The position numbers and the translations under genes are program-made. A stretch of DNA of 64,000 nt, from positions 96,001-160,000 of the forward strand of contig CAWJKV010000005.1 of NCBI GenBank assembly GCA_963843555.1. The letters are read 5' to 3'. Each line of letters opens with the position of its first letter. Positions within the stretch are counted from its first letter, which is position 1. Below the pieces are notes generated by a model. It was not told the origin of the DNA and ran no database searches. It saw nothing but the letters and a program-made list of their open reading frames with translations. This DNA is from an uncultured Methanosarcinales archaeon (GTDB lineage: Archaea > Halobacteriota > Methanosarcinia > Methanotrichales > Methanotrichaceae). This document shows, one piece after another, positions 1 through 10,658 of this stretch.

Positions 1-661
1 CAGGATTGTAGGTATTACGGCATCTCCCAGGCCCAGGAAAAAGGCGCCCCTCTCTTTGGCCTCCGGACGAGGTGGAAATCTCCTGATCTTTGCGGTAGCT
101 ATACTCCCGGCTCTTGGGCACTACAAAGAGTAGTGGGGCCTTCATTTTTATGACGCCCTCCGCCAGGGAGACCATATGGCGGGTCTTGTAGACGGATATG
201 GCATCATAGACCGCCAGGACCACTAATAGCAGCAGCGCTGGAAGTATGGCCATGCTCACGCCAAAGAGTGAGCTGATGCCTGCACATACCAGGATTCCAA
301 AGACGTCTACGATATACCACTCCGGATAGAAACGCAGCAATAGCATTATGGCCAGAGTAGGCACGAGCGCCAGCAAGGGCGGCAAATAGGCCACAATAAC
401 ATAATAAATGCTGGCGGCAATGGAGAGAAGTATGAAACCGCCAACGACCCATCCCCTCTTCAGTCTCATGGCCAGAAGAAGGAGACCCGTAAACACAAGG
501 ATAAGGAGCATATAGGCAAAGGGATTGGAGATCGATGTTGGGTCTTCAAAGACCCTGTTGCCGCTGGCAGAGATAGCAGGAGTGATGGCCAGAGCTATTA
601 TCTGCACTGCCACCACAAAGAGCAACATGACCAGTACCTGAATCTTTGAACTTTCCGACAT
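1..661 (-). CDS. Presenilin-family intramembrane aspartyl protease (PSH), runs off the left edge
   Basis: Manual minus-strand translation from ATG at 661 (MSESSKIQVLVMLL...). Hydrophobic, with catalytic motifs VLAVYDAIS and LGLGDAVIP (YD and GxGD). Confidence 0.85.
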   Translation of the reverse strand, partial: MSESSKIQVLVMLLFVVAVQIIALAITPAISASGNRVFEDPTSISNPFAYMLLILVFTGLLLLAMRLKRGWVVGGFILLSIAASIYYVIVAYLPPLLALVPTLAIMLLLRFYPEWYIVDVFGILVCAGISSLFGVSMAILPALLLLVVLAVYDAISVYKTRHMVSLAEGVIKMKAPLLFVVPKSREYSYRKDQEISTSSGGQREGRLFPGPGRCRNTYNP

Positions 662-696
662 GTGAGTGGAGTTTTAACTTTAGATCGAGATCGCTA

Positions 697-3273
697 TCAT
701 CTTCGCACCAGCACTGTGGCGACTTCCAGATTCAGGATATCAACCGCTTCACCTGCAGAAAGAGTCTCTACCTCGACCTCTGCGGCCTCTGGTGGAAGCT
801 CAATGATCTCCCCCTCCAGCTCGACCCGGATCTGCCCGGCAGCCTTCTGGCTGGCAACGAGACCCGGCTCCATGAGGCTTATGGCTCTTATGATCTTATG
901 GCTCTTATCCTTGAACCGGGGTCCGATGATCTTCATCTGTGGCTTGACGGACACGGGCTTCGTCTCGATCATGGGGTCTCCCGTTCTGCTCTCAACCGGA
1001 GAATTGGCCACGCCCATAAGATCGAAGGTCTCCAGGGCAGACTCCGAATACACTACTATCCCCGGCAGAGGCGAATTTAGAGCCATCCCTTTTTCGGCTT
1101 TGTAGCGACGAAGCGCTGCAGCAATCTCTTTTATGGCCCTCCCCGCAGGATCGATAGAGGTTTTGCTGACAGTTGGCCAGCTCTGCGTATGCACGCTCTC
1201 TCCCGTCAGGGAATGATAGATCTCCTCTGAGAGGAAGGGCGTGAAGGGTGCCATAAGCTTTGCAATCGTCTCCAGAGCCGTGTAAAGAGTATTTTGGGCG
1301 GCTCTCTTCTCTGGACCATCCGGGCCGTAAAGCCGGGCCTTGACCAATTCGATATAGTTGTCGGCCAGAATATCCCAGGCAAAGGCCCTTATGGCCTTCA
1401 TGGCCTCATCGAACTGGAAACCGTCCATGGCGATGGTGGCTTTGGCGATCAGCTGATCGAGCTCTCCCTGGAGCCAGCGGTCCACCTGCCCGGGATTAGC
1501 ATCTGCTCGGGCGATTAAAGGACGGGAGAAGCGAAAGATCGACCAGAGCTTCTGCTGGAATCTGCTGGCGGCAGTTATCTCCTTCCACTGGAACGGGATA
1601 TCGTTTCCAGGGCTGCCTCCAATGGCTGCCCACTGGCGAAGCGCATCTGCGCCATTGGTCTCGAAGACCTCCTCAGGACGGATGAAATTGTTCAGGGACT
1701 TGGACATCTTGTGACCATCTTCACCCAGAGCCATGCCATTGATGAGAATGGAGTCCCAGGGCTTGACCCCTTCCAGGGATTTCGTCCTCAAGATGGTATA
1801 GAAGGCCCAGGTGCGAATGATGTCATGGCCCTGCGGTCGAAGCTGGGTAGGCATGCGCATGTCTTTCCGATCGGGCCAGCCGGCCACGGCAAGAGCCGAG
1901 ATGGAGCTGTCCATCCAGGTGTCCAGGACATCCTGCTCTGGAATGAAATCGTCACTGCCGCACTTGCATTTTACAGGAGGACGGGTCTGGTTGGGGTCCA
2001 GAGGAAGCCATTTTTCGTCGGCTACCAGGACCCGATGGCAATCACGGCAATACCAGACGGGTATCGGGGTGGCAAATATCCTCTGGCGGGAGATGCACCA
2101 ATCCCATTCCATGGAGTCGGCCCAGTTATCAAGCCGGACCCTCATATGGGGAGGTACCCACTCGATCTCCTCTGCCGTCTTCTTAATCTCCTCGGAGTTG
2201 ATCCGGACAAACCACTGCTGCTCGGAGAGGATCTCAATAGGCGTCTTGCATCGCCAGCAAAGGCCCACATTCTGTTCCAGAGGCTCCTCTTTGAAGATGA
2301 TTCCCGAACCCTGCAGATCCTCGGTTATCCTTTTCTTGGTCTCATCTACGGAGAGCCCTCTGTATGGCCCGGCTATATCCGTCAGCCTGCCGCTGCGGTC
2401 TATGGCCTGACGGAGCGGGAGATGATGCTCCATCCACCATCTTACATCCTGCTTATCTCCAAAGGTGCAGATCATGACAAATCCGGTGCCAAAGCTTGAG
2501 TCAACGACCGGGTCGGAGATCACAGGAACGTCGTAGTCGAATATGGGAACCCTGACGGTCTTGCCGATGAATTTTTGATAACGCTCATCTTCGGGATGCA
2601 CAGCTACGGCAACGCAGGCGGGCAGGAGCTCCGGCCGCGAGGTAGCGATCTCGATATGGCCTTCTTCGGCTTTGAAGCGCATGTAGTTCAGAGTTGAGGT
2701 GCGGGAATCGTATTCCACTTCGGCAAGGGCTATGGCCGTACCGCAACGAGGGCACCAATTTACCGGGTGCTCTTCACGGTAGATCTGGCCTTTCTCGTAC
2801 ATGCGCACGAAGGAGGTTTGCGTCTTGACATAGTACTCCGGCTTCATGGTGGCGTACTCATTGGACCAGTCTATGGACAGGCCCAAACGGCCCATGGACT
2901 GATGGAAACGAAGGATTGCCTCATCAGTCAGCTTTTCACAGAGCCTTCGAAATTCCTCTCTCGGGACCTGGTTCTTGGTGATGTGGTTTAATTGCTCCAC
3001 CTTCACCTCTGTGGGAAGGCCGTGGCAGTCCCAGCCCTGAGGGAACATTACATTGTAGCCTTGCATGCGCTTGTAGCGAGCCACGAAATCTATGTAGCAC
3101 CAGTTGAGAGCGTTGCCGATGTGGAAGTTTCCCGTGGGATAAGGCGGGGGAGTGTCTATGATGTACTGCGGCTTCGTTGAGGCCCAGTCAAAGTAGTAGA
3201 TTGAACTGTCCCAGCTTTGCACCCACTTCTCTTCTACCTGCCTAAAGTTGTACTCCTTGGAGAGCTCGCTCAT
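697..3273 (-). CDS. valS: Valine--tRNA ligase
   Basis: DTPPPYPTGNFHIGN (HIGH-like), KMSKS, DWCISRQR motifs; 858 aa. Confidence 0.96.
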   Translation of the reverse strand: MSELSKEYNFRQVEEKWVQSWDSSIYYFDWASTKPQYIIDTPPPYPTGNFHIGNALNWCYIDFVARYKRMQGYNVMFPQGWDCHGLPTEVKVEQLNHITKNQVPREEFRRLCEKLTDEAILRFHQSMGRLGLSIDWSNEYATMKPEYYVKTQTSFVRMYEKGQIYREEHPVNWCPRCGTAIALAEVEYDSRTSTLNYMRFKAEEGHIEIATSRPELLPACVAVAVHPEDERYQKFIGKTVRVPIFDYDVPVISDPVVDSSFGTGFVMICTFGDKQDVRWWMEHHLPLRQAIDRSGRLTDIAGPYRGLSVDETKKRITEDLQGSGIIFKEEPLEQNVGLCWRCKTPIEILSEQQWFVRINSEEIKKTAEEIEWVPPHMRVRLDNWADSMEWDWCISRQRIFATPIPVWYCRDCHRVLVADEKWLPLDPNQTRPPVKCKCGSDDFIPEQDVLDTWMDSSISALAVAGWPDRKDMRMPTQLRPQGHDIIRTWAFYTILRTKSLEGVKPWDSILINGMALGEDGHKMSKSLNNFIRPEEVFETNGADALRQWAAIGGSPGNDIPFQWKEITAASRFQQKLWSIFRFSRPLIARADANPGQVDRWLQGELDQLIAKATIAMDGFQFDEAMKAIRAFAWDILADNYIELVKARLYGPDGPEKRAAQNTLYTALETIAKLMAPFTPFLSEEIYHSLTGESVHTQSWPTVSKTSIDPAGRAIKEIAAALRRYKAEKGMALNSPLPGIVVYSESALETFDLMGVANSPVESRTGDPMIETKPVSVKPQMKIIGPRFKDKSHKIIRAISLMEPGLVASQKAAGQIRVELEGEIIELPPEAAEVEVETLSAGEAVDILNLEVATVLVRR

Positions 3274-3349
3274 CTGAAACTCCTGGCTTCTTGATTGCTA
3301 AGGGAGTTGAACACAATGTTAATAGGATTATCGGTAGACCATAGCCAGG

Positions 3350-3841
3350 ATGGAACTCCTAATTTACCACGCCAATCAATGCGACCCCAAGAAATGCTCG
3401 GGAAAAAAGCTGGCCCGCTTCGAGCTGGTTCGAATGACCCGGCATATAAACCAGCTCAGGTCTTTCCTGGTTCTCAGCCCCTTCTCGGAAAAAGCGCTCT
3501 CACCGGAAGATAAGGGAACCAGAGGGCTTGCCGCCCTGGATTGCAGCTGGGCCCATGCTGAGGAAGTCTTCTCGCGCGTCCGGCTTCAGGAGAGGGCGCT
3601 GCCATTTCTTGTGGCGGCCAATCCCGTGAACTATGGGAAGCCGTTCAAGCTCTCCACTGTAGAAGCCCTGGCAGCGGGGTTGGTCATCCTGGGAGAACGG
3701 GGCCTGGCGGAGTTGATACTCTCCAAGTTCAATTGGGGGCATGTATTCCTGGAGCTCAACCGCGAACCCCTCGCGGAGTATGCTGCTGCCAGGGACTCGG
3801 CTGAGGTGGTCAGGATTCAAGCAGCATATCTATCGGAATAA
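3350..3841 (+). CDS. tsr3: 16S rRNA aminocarboxypropyltransferase Tsr3 (DUF367)
   Basis: QCDPKKCSGKKL, LDCSW, LPFLVAANPVNYGKP motifs. Confidence 0.92.
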   Translation: MELLIYHANQCDPKKCSGKKLARFELVRMTRHINQLRSFLVLSPFSEKALSPEDKGTRGLAALDCSWAHAEEVFSRVRLQERALPFLVAANPVNYGKPFKLSTVEALAAGLVILGERGLAELILSKFNWGHVFLELNREPLAEYAAARDSAEVVRIQAAYLSE

Positions 3842-3881
3842 ATATAAGCTGCCACTGCATATTATTTCATGGTGTTTTGAA

Positions 3882-4382
3882 ATGGCAGGATTGATCCCGG
3901 CAGATGAACTGAGAAAGCTGCAGAAGAGGATGAACAGGCTCATAGAAGAACTGGGGCTGGGGGAGCTCGAGTCCAGGTATATCGAGGAGATGGAGCGCAT
4001 GCAAAAACGCATGAGCGATCTTATGGAAGACGTGGAGAGTAAGGAAGAAGAAGAGGGCGTGGCAAAACCGCTGGCTGATGTCCTTGAGACTGAAGAGGCA
4101 ATAATTGTAACTATGGACATGCCTGGAGTGGACAAACAGGACGTTGATATCACTATCCTGGAAGACGAATTGCGTGTGGTGGCCGAGAGGAAGCGAGGAG
4201 CAGAGGTGGCAGAGAAGGACTACCACAAACGTGAGCGCACTTCCAAGAAATTCGATCGCAAGGTGTTGCTGCCGGCAAGAGTCAAGATGGATGAGGCCAA
4301 GGCAAGCCTTGCGGAAGGCGTCTTAGAGGTCACACTCCCGAAAGCTGTGATCGTCTCCCGGAAGCGCATAGTCATTGACTGA
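3882..4382 (+). CDS. Small heat shock protein, Hsp20/alpha-crystallin family
   Basis: Alpha-crystallin domain (DMPGVDK...AEGVLEVTLPK) and C-terminal I-x-I; start placed at MAGLIP. Confidence 0.92.
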   Translation: MAGLIPADELRKLQKRMNRLIEELGLGELESRYIEEMERMQKRMSDLMEDVESKEEEEGVAKPLADVLETEEAIIVTMDMPGVDKQDVDITILEDELRVVAERKRGAEVAEKDYHKRERTSKKFDRKVLLPARVKMDEAKASLAEGVLEVTLPKAVIVSRKRIVID

Positions 4383-4384
4383 CT

Positions 4385-5593
4385 TTAAGGCCCCTCATTT
4401 TGGAGAAGGAGATGGTGCATCTTGTCCCTCTTCGTCTCCAGATATCTTCTATTGATGCTATTGGGCTCTATCTCCAGCGGCACGCGCTCCACGATCTTGA
4501 GTCCATAGCCTTCCAGACCGATTACTTTGCGCGGATTGTTGGTCAAGAGCCGAATCTCTTTTATGCCCAGATCGACCAGGATCTGGGCGCCAATGCCGTA
4601 GTCTCTGAGGTCTGCAGCATAGCCCAATTCGTTATTGGCCTCAACGGTATCTGAGCCCGTATCCTGCAGGGCATAGGCGCGAAGCTTATTGGCAAGGCCT
4701 ATTCCTCTTCCCTCCTGGCGCATGTAGAGAAGAACTCCATTTCCCCTCTCGCTGATGAGCCGCATGGCCTGCCGGAGCTGTTCTCCGCAGTCGCAGCGCT
4801 TTGATGCGAATACGTCGCCTGTCAGGCACTCCGAATGAACGCGCACTAACGCCTCGTCACTTGCAGGGTTCCCGGCGACAAGGGCGATATGGCACTGTCC
4901 ATCCAGAATGGACTCGTAGCCAATGGCTTTGAAGTCACCGTACTCTGTAGGCATGCTCACAACCGACACCCTGCGTATCAGCTTCTCGCACTGCATGCGA
5001 TGGCGGATCAGTGCCTCAATGGTCACCATTCTGATGCCGTGCTCTTTTGCAAAACATTCCAGCTCAGGCAACCGGGCCATGGTGCCGTCATCGTTCATGA
5101 TCTCGACAATGACTCCGGCAGGCTCGAGTCCCGCCAGACGGGCCAGGTCGACGCAGGCTTCCGTGTGTCCTGTACGCTGCAAGACACCACCCTCTTTGGC
5201 CTGCAGAGGAAATAGATGGCCGGGGGTGACAATATCGGTCCGCTTCGTCTCCGGAGCGATTAAAATATGTACCGTTGTCGATCGATCGAAAGCGGATATG
5301 CCTGTGGTGGTATTGGCTCTGGCATCCACGGATACCGTAAAGGCCGTGCCCATGGACTCCGTGTTCTGGTTGGTCATGAGCGGGAGGCCGAGCTCGCGGA
5401 GGCGCATGGCTGTCATGGGCATGCAGATCAGGCCGCGACCAAAGCGAGCCATGAAGTTGATGGCTTCAGGAGTAACCATCCTTGCTGCCATCATCAGGTC
5501 GCCCTCATTCTCCCGGTTCTCGTCGTCCAATATTATTATAAAACGACCCGACCGGACATCCTGGATCGCTTCTTCCACGCTGCAAAATGGCAT
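4385..5593 (-). CDS. ribBA: Bifunctional DHBP synthase / GTP cyclohydrolase II
   Basis: [41 protein letters not shown]; start placed at MPFCSVEEA. Confidence 0.95.
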   Translation of the reverse strand: MPFCSVEEAIQDVRSGRFIIILDDENRENEGDLMMAARMVTPEAINFMARFGRGLICMPMTAMRLRELGLPLMTNQNTESMGTAFTVSVDARANTTTGISAFDRSTTVHILIAPETKRTDIVTPGHLFPLQAKEGGVLQRTGHTEACVDLARLAGLEPAGVIVEIMNDDGTMARLPELECFAKEHGIRMVTIEALIRHRMQCEKLIRRVSVVSMPTEYGDFKAIGYESILDGQCHIALVAGNPASDEALVRVHSECLTGDVFASKRCDCGEQLRQAMRLISERGNGVLLYMRQEGRGIGLANKLRAYALQDTGSDTVEANNELGYAADLRDYGIGAQILVDLGIKEIRLLTNNPRKVIGLEGYGLKIVERVPLEIEPNSINRRYLETKRDKMHHLLLQNEGP

Positions 5594-5633
5594 AGAAGAT
5601 GAAATCGCAACTGTCAGATACTTAAGAGTTTTG

Positions 5634-6666
5634 TCAGGACCAGACTCCCGGCAGAGCTGTGCCGCATTTGCCGCAATGCCCTTCCACAAGGGAATTTTTC
5701 GTGACCCTATATCCCTGCCGCCTGATTAGCACCTCTTTGCAGTTGGAGCAAAGAGTATCCTCGCTCTCGCCAGGAATGTTGCCCGCATAAACGTACTTAA
5801 GACCTGCCTTGCGACCGATCTCCAGGGCCAGTACGAAGAGATTCGATTCCGGCAGCGGGCACATTCAGCATCTTATGCATGGGATAAAAGGCAGAGACGT
5901 GCCAGGGCATATCAGGGCTCACGCCTGCCAGAAATTCGGCAAGGCCCGTAAGCATTTGCAGAGAATCGTTATAACCGGGAATGATGAGAGTAGTAACCTC
6001 CACCCAAACGCCTTCTTTCCAGAATTTCTCGATATTATGCTGAACCGGCTCGAGTTTTGCTCCGCAGACCTTGCGATAGAATTGATCATCTCCCTTCAGG
6101 TCTATGTTTATGCCATCAAGAACGGGAATGATCTTCTGCCCGGCCTCCTCGCCTATGTAGCCGTTACTGACAAAGACATTGCGGAGGCCGCCCTCGCGGG
6201 CCAAACTCGCCACATCAAAGGCGTACTCGAAGAAGATGGTGGGCTCAGAGTAAGTATAAGCTATGGACTGGCAGCCTTCGGCTCTGGCTGCAGCAACCAC
6301 CTCTTCCGGAGATACGAATGAACCGGGTATCTGCCCTGTTTCCCTGGGAAGCTGGGAGATGTCTGCATTCTGGCAATGCAGGCAGGTGAAGTTGCAGCCC
6401 ACAGTAGCTATGGAATAGGCCAGGCTTCCTGGCAGAAAATGGAAGAACGGCTTCTTCTCAATAGGATCTCTGTTGGCGGCTATGAGGTTTCCGTAAACCA
6501 GAGTCAATAGCTTTCCATTCTGGTTCTCTCGCACGTCGCATAGTCCCCTCTTGCCGGGGCGAATGCGACACTGCTGATAGCAGAGGCTGCACTTTACTGC
6601 CCCCTCCTGAGCTTCCCAGAACTGGGCCTCTCGAGTGCTCTCTATGGACATAATATCACCACACAA
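5634..6666 (-). CDS. AmmeMemoRadiSam-system radical SAM enzyme (frameshift near 5850)
   Basis: CxxC..C N-terminus, [19 protein letters not shown]-terminus ([17 protein letters not shown]) in a second frame. Confidence 0.85.
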
Positions 6667-6832
6667 TAGGACTTATCTCTCGCATTGTATATGCAGCTAA
6701 TGGATGTAATACTTTTGCAGACCGTCTTGCGAGCTATAATCGAGAATCCGATCTCTTTCAGAGCAGGGAAATTTTATATAAGATGTTTTTTTCTGCAAGA
6801 GAGAAGGAAAAGTACAAAGAATAGTAGGGTAT

Positions 6833-6872
6833 AAAAAAAGAGATAGTTCTGGAGAGCCGAAGCCCTCCAGCT
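6833..6872 (-). terminator. Hairpin plus T-tract downstream of the S-layer gene
   Basis: CTGGAG...CTCCAG inverted repeat, with an A7 run on + (T-tract on -). Confidence 0.55.
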
Positions 6873-6880
6873 ATTTGATC

Positions 6881-9085
6881 TTACTCTCTTCTGTTCAGTA
6901 CCAGGTAGGCTACTGCCAGAAGGCCGGTTAAGGCGAATACGCTGCCAAATCCGGGTGTTTCATTTGTCGCTGGTGCAGGGGTCTCGGCAGCAGCAGGGGC
7001 TGGCTCAGCCTCGGCTTTGGCTGCGGACACGTTCTCCGCGGCTGCGGCCTCAGCGGCCTTGGCTGCGGACACGTTCTCAGTGGCTGCGGCTTCAGCTGCC
7101 TTGGCTGCGGACACGTTCTCAGTGGCTGCGGCTTCAGCGGCCTTGGCTGCGGTTACGTTCTCTGCAGCTGCGCCCTCGATGGTTACTGGCTTGTAGATGT
7201 AGAACCTGAGAGTGTCATTGTCTGCGGTCTTGATGCTGACGCCAGGCATAAGCTCAGTGTCCTTGTTCTTGCTCAGCGTTACAGCGTTGTCCTTGTTATC
7301 CATGGTGATGGTGCCAGCGTTGGCATCAACGGACCTGATGGTCATCTTGCCATACTGTGTGTCAGCCTTGACCTCAGCGGGTGTGTCAGAGATCTGCCAG
7401 ATGCCGTCGATAGAGGCCAGGTTAGCATCAGCACCGCGGAAGGCATTCTTGAAGTGGACACCGATGGTCACAAGCTTCTTCTGATCGCCTACAGCGGGAT
7501 TCTTGTAGTAGTAGGTCTTGTCGGTTTCAGTCGCGCCGTCCTTGGATGGGGATATGACCTTGGAGTCAACGACCTGTCCATCCTTGGTCAGCTCCAGGTA
7601 GACCTTGTTGCCGTCAATGTCGATGGATTTGATAGCGAGCTCGTAGCCTTGTTCCAGCTTCAAGGGTGTGCCGGATGTGACAGTCATCTCATCTTTACTA
7701 TCAATCAGGATCTGTTCAAGCTGTTCGCTTGAGAGCGAATTCTTGTCCGTGGACTCAGAATAGAACAGATTCGAAGCCGCATCTTCGCCTGGATTGTATC
7801 CGGCGAAGTACGGTTCAGCACCGAAGCCGATAACCTTGTAGCTACCCCAGATAGCGCGCTCATATGCCTTGTCCTGGGTGGTGGTGAGGTATGTAGCACC
7901 GTAGGGCGAATCGCCGCTGAGCTTGTTATCTTCAGTGAGAACGAATTGGAGGTTCTCATTGCCGAGATCCTTCTTTATGTCGTAGTAGAAGCCGGCAAAG
8001 GTCTGTGGATTCCAGGTGAAGCTGTTGCCATCAACCAGATTGCTCGCTCCACTAACCGTGCCTGCAACTGCGCCTCTTACCTGAACTTCTCCGGGCTCAG
8101 TTATCAGCTTGTATATGTAGAACCGGAGTGTGTCATTGTCGGCAGTCCTGATATTAATACCGCCGGCCAGAGTTGTATCCTTGTTCTTGCTCAGTGTTAT
8201 GGCGTTATCCTTATTGTCCATGGTGATGGTGCCGGCGTTGGCATCAACAGACCTGATGGTCAACTTTTCATACTGAGTATCTGCCTTGACATCAGTGGGT
8301 GTGTCAGAGATCTGCCAGGTGCCGTCGACGGTAGCCAAATTCTGATCAGCGCCGCGGAAGGCATTCTTGAAGTGGACACCGATGGTCACAAGCTTCTTCT
8401 GATCGCCTACAGCGGGATTCTTGTAATAGTATGTCTTGTCGGCCTCAGTCGCGTCAGTCTTGGATGGGGATATGACCTTGGAGTCGACGACCTGTCCATC
8501 CTTAGTCAGCTCCAGATAGACCTTGTTGCCGTCAATGTCGATGGATTTGATGGCGAGATCGTAGCCCTCTTTGAGCTTCAAGGGTGTGCCGGATGTGAGA
8601 GTCATCTCTGTGTCGTCATCAATGAGAACCTTCTCGAGCTGCTCGCTTGAGAGCGAGTTCTTATCGGTAGACTCAGAGTAGAATAGATTCGAAGCCACAT
8701 CTTCGCCCGGGTTGTATCCGGCGAAGTACGGATCAGCACCGAAGCCGATTATCTTGTAGCTTCCCCAGGGTTCGAACTCAAAGTCCTTGTTCTGGGCGGT
8801 GCTTGTGTATTTAATGCCGTAAGGCGAATCGCCACTAAGTTTGTTACCCTCGGTGAGATCAAACTTCATGGTCTCCGTGCCTATGTCTTTCTTTATGTCG
8901 TAGTAGAAGCCGGCGAAGTTCTGCGGATTCCAGGTGAAGCTGTTGCCATCAACCAGATTGCTCTGGCCATTTATTGTTCCGGCAACCGCTCCCCGGACCT
9001 CCACACTGGGAACTGCACCGACTACCATCGCTGTTGCCAGTAACAGCATCATCGATGTAAGTGTAATTGCAGCCAATTTCTTCAT
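6881..9085 (-). CDS. Major S-layer protein (two DUF1608-type domains, PGF-CTERM)
   Basis: Signal peptide, two near-identical domains (WNPQxFAGFYYDIKKD), Ala-rich linker, TPGFG plus TM helix plus RR tail. Confidence 0.93.
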   Translation of the reverse strand: MKKLAAITLTSMMLLLATAMVVGAVPSVEVRGAVAGTINGQSNLVDGNSFTWNPQNFAGFYYDIKKDIGTETMKFDLTEGNKLSGDSPYGIKYTSTAQNKDFEFEPWGSYKIIGFGADPYFAGYNPGEDVASNLFYSESTDKNSLSSEQLEKVLIDDDTEMTLTSGTPLKLKEGYDLAIKSIDIDGNKVYLELTKDGQVVDSKVISPSKTDATEADKTYYYKNPAVGDQKKLVTIGVHFKNAFRGADQNLATVDGTWQISDTPTDVKADTQYEKLTIRSVDANAGTITMDNKDNAITLSKNKDTTLAGGINIRTADNDTLRFYIYKLITEPGEVQVRGAVAGTVSGASNLVDGNSFTWNPQTFAGFYYDIKKDLGNENLQFVLTEDNKLSGDSPYGATYLTTTQDKAYERAIWGSYKVIGFGAEPYFAGYNPGEDAASNLFYSESTDKNSLSSEQLEQILIDSKDEMTVTSGTPLKLEQGYELAIKSIDIDGNKVYLELTKDGQVVDSKVISPSKDGATETDKTYYYKNPAVGDQKKLVTIGVHFKNAFRGADANLASIDGIWQISDTPAEVKADTQYGKMTIRSVDANAGTITMDNKDNAVTLSKNKDTELMPGVSIKTADNDTLRFYIYKPVTIEGAAAENVTAAKAAEAAATENVSAAKAAEAAATENVSAAKAAEAAAAENVSAAKAEAEPAPAAAETPAPATNETPGFGSVFALTGLLAVAYLVLNRRE
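7015..7170 (-). repeat. 42-bp tandem repeat, about 3.5 copies, encoding ENV(S/T)AAKAAEAAA(T/A)
   Basis: Visible in both DNA and protein. Confidence 0.85.
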
Positions 9086-9620
9086 CTTTTAACCTCCTAT
9101 TTTCCCTTTCCGATCACTTTCAGCAGCATACAGTCTGATTATTCTTAAAACTATTGCCTGAATAACGTCTTCGATCGCCATGCTACATATTGTGGCACGT
9201 CCATTTCCAGCACTGCCATCGCTGCCTGGCGTCTCTCTGACATATGTATAGCTACGTCACCCTCCTAATCCCATAAGGGACTATAGGGTAGTGATAGAGT
9301 ATTTCCCTATTATATCTTTTTTGGTCACTAGTAGCAGCTTGGTACTGGTCTTTCCCACCCAGAGCTATCGTCGACCAAAGAGCTTTACAAGGCTCAGGGC
9401 TGCATTTGTCATACCTGCTTAAAAGCCTATTCTTCGCCCGAGGCAATAAGGACTGATAGAAAACCGGTGAAGGACAGGTCGAATGAGATTTCATATCATT
9501 TGAGACTGCGGGGGCAAACATCCAGAGGCAAGTCTCCTTGTGGCTGCATAATCCGGCAAAGCACTCTGCGTTGTGACAAGAGGAAAACAGTTTTACGAGA
9601 GGCGATATGATCTCAAAAGC

Positions 9621-10658
9621 ATGAAAAGATTCGGCCTTGTTTATCATCCTATTTATCTTCAGCACGAAACCGGGGGGCATCCGGAGAAGAAAGAACGCTT
9701 GACCGCGATCCTGGAAAGAATCAATTCTGAGAAACTAGATGTTGAATATATAACACCCCGGGCCGCGACCATCGATCAGGTTGCAGCGGTACACACACGA
9801 AGGTATATCGATCAGGTGAAAGCCATCTCCCAGAATGGCGGCGGCTATCTGGATATCGATACTATTCTCTCTCAGCACTCATATGACGCCGCCTTGATGG
9901 CGGCGGGCGGAGCCGTGACGGCAGTGGAGGCTGCGATCAACGGCTATGATGGCGCCTTTGCTCTGGTCAGGCCGCCCGGACACCATGCCATGCCGGACCG
10001 CGGCATGGGATTTTGCGTCTTCAACAATGTGGCCATAGCCGCGAAGCATGCTCAAGCTCTGGGTCTAAAAAAAGTGCTCATAGTGGACTGGGATGTGCAC
10101 CATGGCAACGGCACCAATGCCATATTCTATTCTGACAGGTCGGTACTGTACTTCTCCACGCACCAGCATCCTCATTATCCGGGCACAGGAAGGATAAATG
10201 AGGTCGGAGAAGGTGGTGCAGAAGGCACCAAGGTAAATGTGCCCCTGCCCTCAGGAACGGGTGACGAGGGCTACCTAATGGCATACAGGGAGATCTTAAA
10301 ACCCATAGCGCACGAATTTAAGCCGGACATAGTCCTGGTCTCGGCCGGCCAGGATCCACATCGAGACGACCCCCTGGGTGGAATGTGCCTAACAGCGGCG
10401 GGTTTTGGCGCCATCGCCGGCGTGGTGAAAGATGTAGCTAATGCTTGCTGCCAGGGAAGACTGGCCGCTGTCTTGGAAGGCGGCTACAACCTCCTGGCGC
10501 AGGGCGACGCGATTGTAGCCGAGATAGAAGCATTTCAGGGAGCTCTGCCCAATGTAGAAGGCTTTGACCCCAGGGTCGTCAGGCGAATTGAGGAGGTCAA
10601 GAATGTTCAAGAAGCCTACTGGAGCAGCTTGCGCAAGTCAGCCGGAGCGGGACCATAG
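9621..10658 (+). CDS. Histone deacetylase-family amidohydrolase
   Basis: HPE, RPPGHHA, GFCVFNN, DWDVHHGNGT, LEGGY motifs. Confidence 0.93.
   Translation: MKRFGLVYHPIYLQHETGGHPEKKERLTAILERINSEKLDVEYITPRAATIDQVAAVHTRRYIDQVKAISQNGGGYLDIDTILSQHSYDAALMAAGGAVTAVEAAINGYDGAFALVRPPGHHAMPDRGMGFCVFNNVAIAAKHAQALGLKKVLIVDWDVHHGNGTNAIFYSDRSVLYFSTHQHPHYPGTGRINEVGEGGAEGTKVNVPLPSGTGDEGYLMAYREILKPIAHEFKPDIVLVSAGQDPHRDDPLGGMCLTAAGFGAIAGVVKDVANACCQGRLAAVLEGGYNLLAQGDAIVAEIEAFQGALPNVEGFDPRVVRRIEEVKNVQEAYWSSLRKSAGAGP

Noticed and set aside
7200..9000. Internal ~0.9-kb duplication in the S-layer gene as an assembly artefact or novelty
   Set aside because: Tandem domains are the established architecture of Methanosarcinales S-layer proteins, and the two copies have diverged.
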